A DNA stretch of 64,000 nt from Thainema sp. Its GTDB lineage: Bacteria > Cyanobacteriota > Cyanobacteriia > Phormidesmidales > Phormidesmidaceae. The stretch covers positions 32,001 to 96,000 of the forward strand of contig JBQLZK010000002.1 in NCBI GenBank assembly GCA_052168235.1. The letters run 5' to 3'. The notes beneath the pieces were generated by a model. That model did not search any database, was not told where the DNA came from, and worked only from the letters and a program-made list of their open reading frames with translations. This document shows positions 10,571 through 20,265 of this stretch, piece after piece. The position numbers and the translations under genes are program-made. The stretch's first letter is position 1. Each line of letters starts with the position of its first letter.

Positions 10571-10971
10571 TAACGCGGATTGATGATGTTGACCTTTATT
10601 TTAGAGAGTCGCAGCCGCTCAATGGTTTGAATCTGTTGTTCCAAATCCTTTTGCGTTTGGTACACCAGTTTATAGCGTGCGCCATCTTCTTCGTACTCAA
10701 TTTCCTTTAGTCTGCCCGGAAACCGATTACCAAGGAACTCCAGCACCGTTCTGGCATTTGCCCACGTCACCTCTGCAAACAAAATTCCTTGCAGAAAAGC
10801 CCCAACACCCTTGCTACCTTCAGGTACTTCAGACTCTCTCGCGAGACGGGATTCCAAAGCAACCTCACGGATTTCATCAGCCAAATTCAACGTGTCTTGC
10901 TCTAGCTGTTCTGGATCATCATTTAGACCAGCCTGGTTGATATCAATCAAAATTTGAAAGGTTTCAGTCAT
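10570..10971 (-). CDS. EACC1-like small membrane-associated partner of the caspase
   Basis: D.E.LE..T..L..E.RE...VPEGSKG plus a hydrophobic stretch; TAATG stop/start overlap with the caspase gene. Family call from recall. Confidence 0.65.
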   Translation of the reverse strand: MTETFQILIDINQAGLNDDPEQLEQDTLNLADEIREVALESRLARESEVPEGSKGVGAFLQGILFAEVTWANARTVLEFLGNRFPGRLKEIEYEEDGARYKLVYQTQKDLEQQIQTIERLRLSKIKVNIINPR

Positions 10972-11029
10972 GGGTCACCGTTATCTGGAAATCAGAAAAT
11001 CTGAAGTGCGATCGCAGATATCACTGCAC

Positions 11030-11218
11030 TTACAGTCCCAACTCTGCCCGCAAAGATTTCAACGAAACTGTCGCTTTTTCCTGAGACAGTTCTTCCAAAA
11101 ACGCCATGAACTCAGGATTTTTCTTTAGCAGCTCCACCTCAACATCAAAATCATCAACAGGTGCGACATTCTTGGGCATAGGGGTTTGAGGATAAACAGG
11201 CACATCAATTATAAGCAA
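11030..11218 (-). pseudogene. Probable 5'-truncated antitoxin-like gene remnant
   Basis: DDFDVEVELLKKNPEFMAFLEELSQEKATVSLKSLRAELGL resembles C-termini of small cyanobacterial antitoxin-like proteins; the N-terminal part looks unrelated. Confidence 0.4.
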
Positions 11219-11309
11219 TCAAGATTTAGTCCAATTGGGATCAAAATTTCTCACCAGATCACCCTCATCCCTCGGTACAATAAGACGGTTGTATTCTGCG
11301 ACACGGGCC

Positions 11310-12605
11310 TTGATAGAACGCTACACCCTGCCCGAGATGGGCGATCTCTGGACGGACGACTATAAACTGAAAACCTGGCTGCAAGTGGAAATTGCCGTTT
11401 GCGAAGCCCAGGCCGAATTGGGCTATATTCCTGCCGAAGCGGTTGAGGAAATTAAAGCCAAGGCCAACTTTGATCGCGATCGCGTTTTAGAAATCGAAAA
11501 AGAAGTTCGTCACGATGTGATTGCCTTCTTGACCAACGTGAACGAGTACGTCGGCGACGCTGGCCGCTACATTCACTTGGGCATGACCAGTTCCGACATG
11601 CTAGACACGGCATTGGCGCTGCAACTGGTCGCTAGTATTGAGCTGATCATGCGGCGGCTAGAAGACCTGATTCAGGCGATTCGCTATCAGGCGCAGCAGC
11701 ACCGCAATACCGTCATGATCGGTCGCTCTCACGGCATTCACGCCGAGCCGATTACCTTTGGCTTTAAGCTGGCGGGTTGGCTAGCTGAAGTGCTGCGCCA
11801 TCGCGATCGGCTGGCAGCAGTCAGCAGCCAGATTGCCACGGGCAAAATCTCTGGTGCGGTTGGCACCTACGCCAACGTTGATCCGCGCATTGAGTCCTTG
11901 ACCTGTCAGAAACTGGGTCTACAGCCTGATGCGGCTTCCACTCAGGTGATCTCCCGCGATCGCCATGCAGAGTACATGCAGGCATTGGCGCTGCTGACCG
12001 CTTCGATTGAGCGGTTCGCGGTGGAGATTCGCAACCTCCAGCGTACCGACGTGCTGGAAGTGGAAGAGTATTTCTCCAAAGGACAAAAAGGCTCCTCCGC
12101 CATGCCCCACAAGCGCAACCCAATTAAATCAGAGCGTTTGACTGGCATGGCGCGGATTGTGCGCGGACATGCGATCGCAGCTTTGGAAAACGTGGCCCTC
12201 TGGCACGAGCGCGATATTTCCCACAGTTCCGTTGAGCGGGTGATGTTCCCGGATGCCTGCATCCTTACCCACTTCATGCTGGTGGAATCGACCGACCTGA
12301 TCAAGAATCTGCTGGTCTATCCCGAAAATATGCAGCGCAACATGAACGTCTACGGCGGCGTGGTGTTCAGTCAGCGAGTGCTGCTGGCGCTAGTTGACAA
12401 GGGCATGTCTCGCGAAGAGGCGTACAAGGTAGTGCAGTCTAACGCTCACGAAGTCTGGAACGTGGAAGGCGGCGATTTCCATCAGCGCATTTGCGATGAC
12501 CCGCGCGTGAAAGAGCATCTCTCGCCGGAGGAAATCGAAGCCTGCTTCGACCCGCAGCATCACCTGAAGAATCTTGATGCGATCTATCAGCGATTGGGAA
12601 TTTAA
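11310..12605 (+). CDS. purB: Adenylosuccinate lyase
   Basis: TTG start gives MIERY; RHDVIAF, GSSAMPHKRNP signature; 431 aa. Confidence 0.97.
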   Translation: MIERYTLPEMGDLWTDDYKLKTWLQVEIAVCEAQAELGYIPAEAVEEIKAKANFDRDRVLEIEKEVRHDVIAFLTNVNEYVGDAGRYIHLGMTSSDMLDTALALQLVASIELIMRRLEDLIQAIRYQAQQHRNTVMIGRSHGIHAEPITFGFKLAGWLAEVLRHRDRLAAVSSQIATGKISGAVGTYANVDPRIESLTCQKLGLQPDAASTQVISRDRHAEYMQALALLTASIERFAVEIRNLQRTDVLEVEEYFSKGQKGSSAMPHKRNPIKSERLTGMARIVRGHAIAALENVALWHERDISHSSVERVMFPDACILTHFMLVESTDLIKNLLVYPENMQRNMNVYGGVVFSQRVLLALVDKGMSREEAYKVVQSNAHEVWNVEGGDFHQRICDDPRVKEHLSPEEIEACFDPQHHLKNLDAIYQRLGI

Positions 12606-12641
12606 GCCCAAAACACCTAGTCTGTAATTGATAAACATTCG

Positions 12642-12707
12642 GTAGGGGCAGGTTTAGCAGATCCGTAATTGCATTGTAATTAGGGTTTCGGCAAAACCTG
12701 CCCTTAC
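12642..12707. repeat. REP doublet (REPIN-like), class 3
   Basis: GTAGGGGCAGGTTT ... AAACCTGCCCTTAC inverted arms around an AT-rich spacer. Confidence 0.6.
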
Positions 12708-12754
12708 AGGTTTCTGATAACAATTCAATCATTCACCTATCCCAAACAAGAACA

Positions 12755-13171
12755 ATGGATAAAGCCGAACAGCTGATTATGATGGCCGAGGACGAGCTGA
12801 CTCAGTACAGCACCGAGGCTCGTAAAATCGAAAAGCTGCGCCCGAAGTACGGTCTGGCTGTACCTTATCCGCAGCAAAAAGAGGTCAGAACTGCGATCGC
12901 AGATAGTATGCCGAAAAACTTCATTGCCAAACTGGTGGAAAACAATCGCCAACTGGTGGCGCTGCCGTTTTGGGGCATTGGCGGCTTGGGCTTGCTAATC
13001 GGCATTTCTTGGCGGCAACCGCTCGATTTCACCGCTACAGCGATTGGGTTTTACGTCGCGTTTGCAATTCAAAAATGGGGCTGGAATTTGGAAGCCAAGC
13101 GACTGGCAATTAAGACGCTGAATGCAATTGAGTCGGATATGTTGAAAGAAAAAGCGGAGAGAGAGGAATAG
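12755..13171 (+). CDS. Conserved hypothetical membrane protein
   Basis: 138 aa ORF with two hydrophobic segments. Confidence 0.7.
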   Translation: MDKAEQLIMMAEDELTQYSTEARKIEKLRPKYGLAVPYPQQKEVRTAIADSMPKNFIAKLVENNRQLVALPFWGIGGLGLLIGISWRQPLDFTATAIGFYVAFAIQKWGWNLEAKRLAIKTLNAIESDMLKEKAEREE

Positions 13172-13269
13172 GACTACTTAACCTCTACCCTTTTACCGAC
13201 GCCTTAAGTATGAGTTCCTTTCAACAATAGGATTAGTGTTGCTAGAGCAGTCAGCAATTATCGTTTGAG

Positions 13270-14061
13270 ATGACAGAGGTACAGCCTAATCGGGATCAGT
13301 CGGAAGCACTAGCGGGTACGACGAGTCGCTTGGATAGACAAAGCGCGATCGCACAGCATCAAGCAGAAGATCAAGCGATTGCCACGTTTACCGAGCGAGC
13401 AGAGAAGGATATTTACTTCATCAGTGGTCTTGGAGCGGATGAGCGCGTCTTTCGGGAGCTGAAGTTTGAGGGCTATCGTCCGGTACATATTCACTGGCTA
13501 GAGCCGGAACGGGGTGAATCCCTCAGTAGCTATGCCTGCCGTTTGTCTAAGCAGGTTCAGTCGGATCAACCGATTCTAGTTGGCCTATCCTTTGGTGGAT
13601 TAGTCGCGGTGGAGATGGCCAAGCAGATTGATGTCGAGCAGGTAATTCTCCTGTCTAGCGCCAAGACCACTGCCGAAATTCCGTTTTACTACAAAATTTT
13701 TCGCTGGTTTCCCCTGCATCGCGTCTTTCCCTTCAAGACGTTGCTGTGGGCAGTTTATTGGTTTGCCTATTGGGTATTTAGCGTGGAAACCGTGGAAGAA
13801 CGGAAGTTGCTAAAAGTTATTTTGCTAGATACCGACCCGCATTTTCTCAAATGGGCACTGCATCGCGTGGTGGTGTGGAAAAATCACACCATCCCCGATT
13901 CTCTGCATCATATTCATGGATTGTGCGATCGCATTTTTCCCATGCGTTGGATTAAACCTGACGTGGCGATTGAGCAAGCCGGACACCTGATGGTGCTGAA
14001 TCGAGCCAGCCAAGTCTCTGAGCTAATCACTCAAATTATTGAGACAAACTCAAACCAATAG
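13270..14061 (+). CDS. Alpha/beta hydrolase
   Basis: ISGLGAD, GLSFGG nucleophile elbow, HG..D, AGH. Confidence 0.85.
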   Translation: MTEVQPNRDQSEALAGTTSRLDRQSAIAQHQAEDQAIATFTERAEKDIYFISGLGADERVFRELKFEGYRPVHIHWLEPERGESLSSYACRLSKQVQSDQPILVGLSFGGLVAVEMAKQIDVEQVILLSSAKTTAEIPFYYKIFRWFPLHRVFPFKTLLWAVYWFAYWVFSVETVEERKLLKVILLDTDPHFLKWALHRVVVWKNHTIPDSLHHIHGLCDRIFPMRWIKPDVAIEQAGHLMVLNRASQVSELITQIIETNSNQ

Positions 14062-14163
14062 CCCCTACCTTTGGCAGGCTGAGATCAGCCCTGTGATGGA
14101 CGTTCTGACTGTAAGACTCACTACTATGAAACCTGTACACAGAACTCCTCATAAAACTAAAAC

Positions 14164-14604
14164 ATGAATTTCTTAAAACGAACCCTTGGAATCCTCTTTG
14201 CTGGAATGCTGTTGTTCATCACAACCGCTTGTAGCAATCCCTCAACCTCTGCTAGCACCAAGGCCGTGCCCCAGCGCAGTACATCCAACGTTGAGCGAAC
14301 GATTACTGACCAAGTTAGTCGCCCTAGCCGACCAGCTGCGGAAGTTAAGAGAGATGCCGAAAGGATAACGAAGCAGGCTAGAGAACAGCAAGCCAAAAGA
14401 ACGGGTGATGTTAGGGAAAACGCTCAACGCGTTCTGGACAGTACCTCTGAGAATGCAAAGCGAGTTGGTAATCAAATCGAAAACAAAGCCAGTGAAGCCA
14501 AAAATCGGTTAGAAGATCAAGCAAATGCATCACTCGATTCGGCTGAAACCAAAGCAGAACGAGCTTTGGATAAAGCAGAAAATACGGTTGATGACTTGAG
14601 CTAA
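14164..14604 (+). CDS. Putative lipoprotein, LEA/apolipoprotein-like helical repeats
   Basis: Signal peptide with lipobox TTAC; charged helical body. Confidence 0.7.
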   Translation: MNFLKRTLGILFAGMLLFITTACSNPSTSASTKAVPQRSTSNVERTITDQVSRPSRPAAEVKRDAERITKQAREQQAKRTGDVRENAQRVLDSTSENAKRVGNQIENKASEAKNRLEDQANASLDSAETKAERALDKAENTVDDLS

Positions 14605-14629
14605 TTCGGCATGTAGAATTCGGCGAATT

Positions 14630-14722
14630 TATAGCGATTCTAGATAAGAACAAGAGAGGAGAGTGCCTCATGATGAGGCACTCTCCTCTCTTGTTTTCTC
14701 ATTCTTAACTGGAATCACTATA
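14630..14722 (+). mobile_element. MITE family A copy 1 (93 bp incl. flanking TA)
   Basis: TATAGCGATTCTAG...CTGGAATCACTATA with an internal hairpin; homologous to 41717-41809 and 44425-44517. Confidence 0.8.
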
Positions 14723-14724
14723 AC

Positions 14725-14748
14725 AGGGACATGGCATTGCTGTGTCCC
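14725..14748. repeat. Degenerate REP class 2
   Basis: AGGGACATGGCATTGCTGTGTCCC, similar to 35749-35777. Confidence 0.55.
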
Positions 14749-14754
14749 GATATT

Positions 14755-14933
14755 TATAGCGGTTCTAGAGCTGTCAATTCCTTCCAGCTTGTTGTAGGCA
14801 AAAATTAGGCAAAAATGGAGGGGCAGACTTGGTCAAACACCGATGCCACCGTATTCACCGAGCCAAACACTTCAATGCCTAGACTGAACCAGCGTTGATC
14901 CAAGGCAATTATCTCAGCAATTTCGACGCTATA
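14755..14933. mobile_element. Putative 179-bp TA-flanked MITE sharing family A end
   Basis: Left end TATAGCGGTTCTAG is identical to the family A end at 44504-44517 (rc); right end is CGCTATA. Confidence 0.45.
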
Positions 14934-15086
14934 CCCCGTCTTGTTAGGCTGCTAAAGTGCATTACCAGAGGGCATTAGCGCGACTCATGTTCTGTTCCCT
15001 CTCTGGTTGCCGCATCGCAGCTCTTCGTACTCGCTAATGCTTCCGACTTATCCTGATGTAGCCGTACCTCGAAGAGAATTAGATGA

Positions 15087-16502
15087 CTAACGTAAACCAG
15101 TTGGAGGCAGGAACGGGTCGGGTTGTCCGGTTTGGAACAGAATTCGGCCATCCTGTACGGCGGCCAAATCAACTAAAACCGGGCCAGAGGCATAAATGGG
15201 CTGAGTTGCGATCGCTTGTAGGCTGACGGGCTGCCCATAGCGCTGCACCTGTTCTAAAAAGCGAAAGATGGTTTCTGGACGCCCCGCCACATCAACGTCG
15301 TCCACGACTACGCCAGCCTGCCGCGAACGAAACTGCGAGGTTGCTAAGAGTAAATACAATCGCTCTCGCAGGCCCTGAGTCGTTAAATTTTCGCGCTCAA
15401 TAGGTGTGGCCGCGACGACATCTCCTGTGTCAAAAATCAAGTCATTGGGAACGGCATCCCAAAATACTTGAATACAGGGATCGTTCTCCTCCAAAACGCA
15501 GGATTCGCCAACTAAGTAGTTTGCCGCTGACAGAATTCGCACTACATAAGCTTGTCCGTCATCAACCTGTTCAACAAGCTGCTGGACTTCCGGGTTCGTA
15601 ATAAAAATAATTTGCTGCTCTGGATCGTTGAAGTTTGGTAGAACCGCGCGAAGCGCGGTTCGATTGGCCTCCTGAAGAATTTGGCGAATCGCATCCACTG
15701 CTGCTTCGGGTTGCTCAACCCGAAATACACCCGAAGCCAAGACCTGATTGCGAGCCAGTGCCACATTGCCTTGACGCAGTCCTTGTGCTTCTTGCTCCAG
15801 CCGTCTAACCTCGGTCGATAGATAATCCTGCTGGGCTTCCAGTTCTTCCAGTAAGTTTTTCTGACGTGCGATCGCAGTATCTCGTTGGCCAATTTCGCGA
15901 TCGCGCTCCTCAATCAGCGCCCGAATTTCCCGTTCCCGCTCAATCAATGCCTGTCGTTCCGTCTGAAGCTGCTGGACTTCCTGCTGTAGCTCCTGCTCCT
16001 GCTGAGAGAGCTGACGCAGTTGACGTTGGGCTTGAGCATAGCTGCGCTCGCTCTGCTGTAGCTCTGTTTGAGTCTGACTAAGCTGTGCCTGTGTCTGTTG
16101 CTGACGCTCTACCGCCGCGTTGAGTGAACTATTAATTTCTTGCAGCCGCTGCTGCGCCTTCTTTTGACGACTCTGGGCTTCTTCCAGTTCGTCTTCGATT
16201 CGTTCGCGATCGCGCTGCACCTGCTGGAGATCCGTCTGTGCCTCCCGCAGATCCGTCTGCACTTCTTCGAACTCAAAAACGCCTTTGCGAAGCTGGCTGC
16301 TGACGGCAAATAAAATTCCCAGAGTAGAAGCCGAAATCAAGCTGCCCGTAATTACGCTAACCAATGTCGCAGTCTGCCGTGGACGCAGATTGAACAGGGT
16401 AAGCCGAGCTTTTCCCACCTTCATGCCGATGCGATCGCCCAATGTTGCGATCACACCACCAAGAATGAGAATAGCCACAATCAGGACGTACCCTATGGTC
16501 AT
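15087..16502 (-). CDS. DUF3084 coiled-coil membrane protein
   Basis: GGVIATLGDRIG.KVGKARL.LF.LRPRQTA N-terminus, long coiled coil; usual position downstream of ntcA. Confidence 0.85.
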   Translation of the reverse strand: MTIGYVLIVAILILGGVIATLGDRIGMKVGKARLTLFNLRPRQTATLVSVITGSLISASTLGILFAVSSQLRKGVFEFEEVQTDLREAQTDLQQVQRDRERIEDELEEAQSRQKKAQQRLQEINSSLNAAVERQQQTQAQLSQTQTELQQSERSYAQAQRQLRQLSQQEQELQQEVQQLQTERQALIEREREIRALIEERDREIGQRDTAIARQKNLLEELEAQQDYLSTEVRRLEQEAQGLRQGNVALARNQVLASGVFRVEQPEAAVDAIRQILQEANRTALRAVLPNFNDPEQQIIFITNPEVQQLVEQVDDGQAYVVRILSAANYLVGESCVLEENDPCIQVFWDAVPNDLIFDTGDVVAATPIERENLTTQGLRERLYLLLATSQFRSRQAGVVVDDVDVAGRPETIFRFLEQVQRYGQPVSLQAIATQPIYASGPVLVDLAAVQDGRILFQTGQPDPFLPPTGLR

Positions 16503-16723
16503 GGAAGAGTTTAGTTAACCTACAGCAACAGCCTGTTCAATCGACGCAATGGACTGAGTTTCAGGATCTCGGCTTCAACCTATACGTGAGGCATAGCCAC
16601 GTTCCTCTACCAGCATAGGTTTAAATGCCAAGCTTCGGGGTCAATTGCGAACAAGCTCACTGTAGAACAAAAAGGCAACGACAAATCAGTGTTGCGCTGA
16701 TCGATAAACAAATGACGCACAGG

Positions 16724-17395
16724 CTACGTAAACTGCCGACTCAAAATGACAGGATTGTGTACAGTAATCTTTTTCTTGTGAATCGAAATCATCTCATCTT
16801 GGCGCAAATCACCTAACAGGCGGGTCACCGTTACGCGAGTTGAACCGATCGCTTCTGCGATCGCTTGATGGGACAGCTTGAGATCGATCGTAATACCGTC
16901 TTTGCTGGGTACGCCAAAATCGCGACAGAGAATCAGCAGGAAACTGACTAGCCGTGATCCCATATCCCGATGGGCGAGGGTCTCAATCATCATCTCGGTT
17001 TGCAAAATTCGCGAGGATAGACCTTGCAGCATGAGCATGGCTAATTCCGGATGCTCACCCAGGGCCTTGGAAACCTGCTCAATTGGCACCGATAGCAGTT
17101 CCACCGGAGTAAAGGCGACAGCATGGTAGAACCGATCGGAGCGATTGCCCGTAATCAGTGACAGAACACCAAACACGCTATTTTCTCGCAATAGCGCTAC
17201 GGTAATTTCTTCTCCCGCTTCATAGACCCGCGAGAGCTTGACTGCGCCTTTTAATAAAAAGTAGACGCGCTCAGCCGGATCGCCTGGGAAAAAAATGGTT
17301 TTACCTCGTTCAAATGACTCAACTACCGGTGGAAAAATACCGCCGCTGAGCTGCTTAAATAAATCCGCGAGTGGTCGCTCTTGCGTCACTACCAT
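16724..17395 (-). CDS. ntcA: Global nitrogen regulator NtcA
   Basis: [23 protein letters not shown]...[26 protein letters not shown] after GAGGT. Confidence 0.97.
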   Translation of the reverse strand: MVVTQERPLADLFKQLSGGIFPPVVESFERGKTIFFPGDPAERVYFLLKGAVKLSRVYEAGEEITVALLRENSVFGVLSLITGNRSDRFYHAVAFTPVELLSVPIEQVSKALGEHPELAMLMLQGLSSRILQTEMMIETLAHRDMGSRLVSFLLILCRDFGVPSKDGITIDLKLSHQAIAEAIGSTRVTVTRLLGDLRQDEMISIHKKKITVHNPVILSRQFT

Positions 17396-17523
17396 ACCTC
17401 TTTGCCCTACCACCTGTTTGTGCTGGTTTTACGTATTTACCCACACGTATGGGACGAAACAGACCGTCTGTATCAACGCCTATATATTAGACCCACTAAA
17501 ACCTACTCTTGAAACACTTTTTT

Positions 17524-17537
17524 GTGATAAATGCTAC
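17524..17537 (-). promoter_or_regulatory. Possible NtcA autoregulatory box (GTA-N8-CAC variant)
   Basis: Minus strand tGTAGCATTTATCACa upstream of ntcA. The nearest TAN3T is 18 nt away, not the canonical 22-23. Confidence 0.4.
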
Positions 17538-17820
17538 ATATTCTTAAGGATAGGGATTGATTTTCTAAGGTTTTCTCGGTTTACGCCAATAATTCACCTC
17601 AATCATAAGCGGAGAAACTGGATTATGTGTGGATATTGCCATCCCTTGTCACTCTGAGAGTTCGCAATGAGTTGCAAGTAGTTGGTGCGCATCGCCCGAC
17701 TACTGAGCCACTCTTCTGACCAAATGATTTGCGATCGCGATCGCTCACGAATTGACGAGCTGGCATGAGAGGATTGGGAACAGACGTTGACTATTGAACT
17801 ACAGACATAAACGGACGACC

Positions 17821-18597
17821 ATGCTAAATCTCTCAGGGAAAAACGCGTTTGTTACGGGTATTGCCAATAATCGTTCCATTGCTTGGGGCATTGCCCAACA
17901 GCTCCATCAAGCTGGGGCCAATTTAGCCATTACCTACTTGCCGGACGAGCGGGGTCGTCATGAAAAGAAAGTGGCTGATCTGGTTGAATCGCTCAATCCT
18001 GACCTGTTTCTCCCCTTAAATGTGCAGAACGATGAGCAAGTAACTGCGGCATTTGATGCGGTAAAGGAAAAGTGGGGACGAGTTGATATTTTGGTTCATT
18101 GCCTTGCGTTTGCCAATCGGGATGACCTGACGGGCAACTTTGTGGATACCTCTCGCACCGGATTTCAAACCGCGCTAGATATTAGTGCTTATTCACTGGT
18201 GCAGTTGGCTAATGCCGCTAAGCCGTTGATGACCGAGGGCGGCAGTATCATTACTCTGACCTATCTAGGCGGCGTCAAAGTTGTTCCGAACTACAACGTG
18301 ATGGGTATCGCTAAAGCTGCACTAGAGATGAATGTCCGCTATCTAGCCGCCGATCTAGGCCCAGCCAATATCCGCGTCAACGGCATTTCGGCTGGCCCGA
18401 TTCGCACGCTGGCCTCTTCTGCCGTTGGTGGCATTCTGGACATGATTCACCATGTTGAAGCCACAGCGCCCCTGCGCCGCACTGTAACCCAAAAAGAAGT
18501 GGGCAATGCAGCCGCTTTTCTCTGCAGCGATTTGGCCAGTGGGATTACCGGACAAATTCTCTACGTGGATTCTGGCTACGAAATTATGGGCATGTAA
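17821..18597 (+). CDS. fabI: Enoyl-ACP reductase
   Basis: GIANNRSIAWGIA, YNVMGIAKAALE, SAGPIRTLA; 258 aa. Confidence 0.97.
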   Translation: MLNLSGKNAFVTGIANNRSIAWGIAQQLHQAGANLAITYLPDERGRHEKKVADLVESLNPDLFLPLNVQNDEQVTAAFDAVKEKWGRVDILVHCLAFANRDDLTGNFVDTSRTGFQTALDISAYSLVQLANAAKPLMTEGGSIITLTYLGGVKVVPNYNVMGIAKAALEMNVRYLAADLGPANIRVNGISAGPIRTLASSAVGGILDMIHHVEATAPLRRTVTQKEVGNAAAFLCSDLASGITGQILYVDSGYEIMGM

Positions 18598-18659
18598 GAT
18601 CGTACGTTCACGGTTGCCGCGACTAAGTTGAATTGGCTACAACTGGAACGCATAAATCG

Positions 18660-18701
18660 TCAGCAGAGGAGGATTTGCGATCGCAAATCCTCCTCTGCTG
18701 A
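18660..18701. repeat. 42-bp perfect loopless palindrome centred on HIP1
   Basis: TCAGCAGAGGAGGATTTGCGA|TCGCAAATCCTCCTCTGCTGA. Confidence 0.85.
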
Positions 18702-18744
18702 TCCTCAATTCATCAACATTCATCAACTCATCAACCAACCTGAC

Positions 18745-19212
18745 ATGACGGATTTAAAGCGGGCTATTCCTCAAGTTATCGCCTTGGCGGCAGTTGCGAT
18801 CGCGCCGATCGCTTGTGCCTTCACCAGCCCACCATTGCATCAATCCCTAGCGCAGTCTCCATCAGCGATTGCCCAAGCCAGCGAACAGGTCATTCTGGAT
18901 GCCTACGCTCAGCATGCGTCCAACGTCATGGTAGAAGCCGCAGGTCAAGTTGATCGGTTGCTATCAGATGATTTAGAGGGTTCCCGTCATCAGCGCTTCA
19001 TCGTTCGCCTCTCGTCTGGACATACGGTTCTCATCAGCCACAATATTGACCTTGCACCCCGGATTGATGCTCTGCGTCAAGGAGACACAGTGCGATTTCG
19101 GGGGGAATACGAGTGGAACAGTCAAGGCGGAGTGGTGCACTGGACACATCATGATCCCAATGGCTCTCATCCCGGCGGCTGGATCGAGCATCAAGGGCAA
19201 CGCTACGAATAA
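18745..19212 (+). CDS. DUF3465 secreted OB-fold-like protein
   Basis: LSDD.EGSRHQRFI, HNIDLAPRI, GEYEWN..GGVVHWTHHDP. Confidence 0.85.
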   Translation: MTDLKRAIPQVIALAAVAIAPIACAFTSPPLHQSLAQSPSAIAQASEQVILDAYAQHASNVMVEAAGQVDRLLSDDLEGSRHQRFIVRLSSGHTVLISHNIDLAPRIDALRQGDTVRFRGEYEWNSQGGVVHWTHHDPNGSHPGGWIEHQGQRYE

Positions 19213-19321
19213 TGCCGACCAATGGTGCTACGGATAATACTCCACCACCGTTACGGATCAGCCCGCACGAATGGTGCAGCTAGCGCGATAGGATAGATCC
19301 TGAGAGCTATTTATTTGACCC

Positions 19322-19960
19322 ATGCAGACCCGCGATCGCCAAATTTCCACCGTCAACAATCTAGATACTGCTGCTCGGATTGCCTCGGTCAGCCGTACCA
19401 CCAAAGAAACCGACATCCACGTTACGGTCAATCTCGACGGTCAGGGAAAATGTATCGCTGAAACCGGAATTCCCTTTCTGGATCACATGCTGGATCAAAT
19501 TTCATCTCATGGCTTGATTGACTTGGAAGTACGCGCCACGGGTGACTTGGAGATCGATGATCACCACACCAATGAGGATGTGGGCATCACACTTGGCCAA
19601 GCCATTCATCAAGCCCTGGGCGATCGCAAAGGTATCCACCGCTTTGGTCATTTTGTTGCGCCGCTGGATGAATCACTCGTTCAGGTCGCCCTTGACTTTT
19701 CAGGACGGCCTCACCTGTCCTATGGCTTAGACATTCCCACCCAGCGAATTGGCACCTACGACACGCAACTGGTACGCGAGTTTTTCGTTGCCATTGTCAA
19801 TCACGCTCAGATGACTCTGCATATTCGGCAACTGGACGGGATCAACTCTCACCACATTATTGAAGCGACATTTAAAGCGTTTGCTCGCGCTATGCGGATG
19901 GCGATTGAAGCCGATCCACGCCGCATTAATACCATTCCTAGCTCAAAAGGAGTTTTGTAG
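19322..19960 (+). CDS. hisB: Imidazoleglycerol-phosphate dehydratase
   Basis: [23 protein letters not shown]. Confidence 0.97.
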   Translation: MQTRDRQISTVNNLDTAARIASVSRTTKETDIHVTVNLDGQGKCIAETGIPFLDHMLDQISSHGLIDLEVRATGDLEIDDHHTNEDVGITLGQAIHQALGDRKGIHRFGHFVAPLDESLVQVALDFSGRPHLSYGLDIPTQRIGTYDTQLVREFFVAIVNHAQMTLHIRQLDGINSHHIIEATFKAFARAMRMAIEADPRRINTIPSSKGVL

Positions 19961-20265
19961 TCACCTCGCGACGCACTGCTGATTTCGCTCAGTATTTCTC
20001 GCTCAGTATTTTTACTCAGTATTGACTGAGCAGTTGAGCAAGTCTGGGCCAAGAATTCAGTAACCAAATGCAAAGTTACTTGAGAGAATATAAATAAAAT
20101 GTTAAGACATAAGAAGTCGCGGCGACTCTGTCGTGATGCCGAACGTTCCAGGAGTTAATTCCTCGAATTATGCAGCATCAGCCAGCTCTATCTACGTGCC
20201 ACACGCTGCCACGTAAGAGGTGCCTGACTGCTTCAATCTACGATGCCTATTGGAGCGATTTACCT

